From NCBI GenBank assembly GCA_049513915.1, contig JBEKVN010000001.1:158283-222282 (forward strand): a stretch of DNA of 64,000 nt, given 5' to 3'. Positions 63,730-64,000 of this stretch are shown one piece after another. This stretch comes from Candidatus Aminicenantales bacterium. GTDB taxonomy: Bacteria > Acidobacteriota > Aminicenantia > Aminicenantales > Saccharicenantaceae. The notes below the pieces were generated by a model. The model was not told where the DNA came from. It made no database searches and was given only the letters and a program-made list of their open reading frames with translations. Each line of letters starts with the position of its first letter. The stretch's first letter is position 1. The position numbers and the translations under genes were made by a program.

Positions 63730-64000
63730 TTATTCCCACCGGAACGTTTTCGCCGAGACGATTCCTCCCACGACCAGGAATCCCGCCAGCACCACGACCT
63801 CCGTGATGTGCTTTGACCAGGGATTGCCGATCCAGAGCCCCTGCATGAGGTTCACGACGTGGGTCATCGGGAAGACTTTGCTGACCGACCGCATGGCGGC
63901 CGGGAAGATCTCCTTCGGCACCGTCGCCCCGGACAGGAAAATGTTCGGAAAGTAGAGGAGCATCCCGAAGATCTGGGCGACGCGCGACGTCCGGGCCAGG
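63730..64000 (-). CDS. ABC-2-type transporter permease, C-terminal part (5' end beyond window)
   Basis: C-terminal sequence ...LSGATVPKEIFPAAMRSVSKVFPMTHVVNLMQGLWIG... is typical of ABC-2 permease last helices. The ORF is open at the window end. Confidence 0.45.
   Translation of the reverse strand, partial: LARTSRVAQIFGMLLYFPNIFLSGATVPKEIFPAAMRSVSKVFPMTHVVNLMQGLWIGNPWSKHITEVVVLAGFLVVGGIVSAKTFRWE

Noticed and set aside
1-64000. tRNA, rRNA, CRISPR arrays, transposases or integrases
   Set aside because: Intergenic regions were inspected on both strands and none were found. No cloverleaf-compatible 70-90-nt segments, no regularly spaced direct repeats, and no DDE or tyrosine-recombinase-like ORFs.

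Overview
The window is a GC-rich (~60%) bacterial exopolysaccharide/O-antigen-type biosynthesis island of about 58 kb, followed by a short methionine-cycle region. I found no rRNA, tRNA, CRISPR array or transposase.

The island is densely packed, and most genes sit in tight operons with overlapping stop/start codons. It contains:
- A Wzx-like flippase and a Wzy_C-type ligase/polymerase.
- Four GT2 glycosyltransferases, including one polyprenyl-phosphate-sugar synthase type, and two GT-C membrane glycosyltransferases.
- A dispersed pathway for a 2,3-diacetamido-uronic acid (UDP-ManNAc3NAcA type): a WbpA/WecC-like dehydrogenase, a WbpE/WbpB/WbpD-like trio, and two WecB 2-epimerases, next to an AsnB-family amidotransferase.
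- An unusually rich set of decoration enzymes: MBOAT plus an SGNH partner, an OatA-like acyltransferase, four deacetylase-like proteins, three FemAB-family proteins, a TupA-type ATP-grasp protein, two NadE-like PP-loop proteins, two AMP-dependent ligases, three acyl carrier proteins, an FkbH-like HAD protein, hexapeptide acyltransferases and a B12-binding radical SAM enzyme.

The island ends with an HGSNAT/DUF1624-like membrane acyltransferase, an exosortase (EpsH family) and a tiny 84-aa Trp/Gly/Thr-rich PEP-CTERM protein with its own consensus promoter. Immediately downstream is a 39-codon remnant of a MetH pterin-binding domain, which suggests the island was inserted into, or eroded, a split methionine-synthase locus. 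That locus also holds an HMT/MTHFR fusion and a MetH activation-domain protein. An M55 peptidase gene near the window end is flanked by two copies of a 21-bp inverted-repeat hairpin element.

Two AT-richer sub-blocks (about 3.8–9.1 kb and 44.6–45.8 kb) point to mosaic acquisition. All functional calls are from motif-level reading of the supplied translations; no database search was run.
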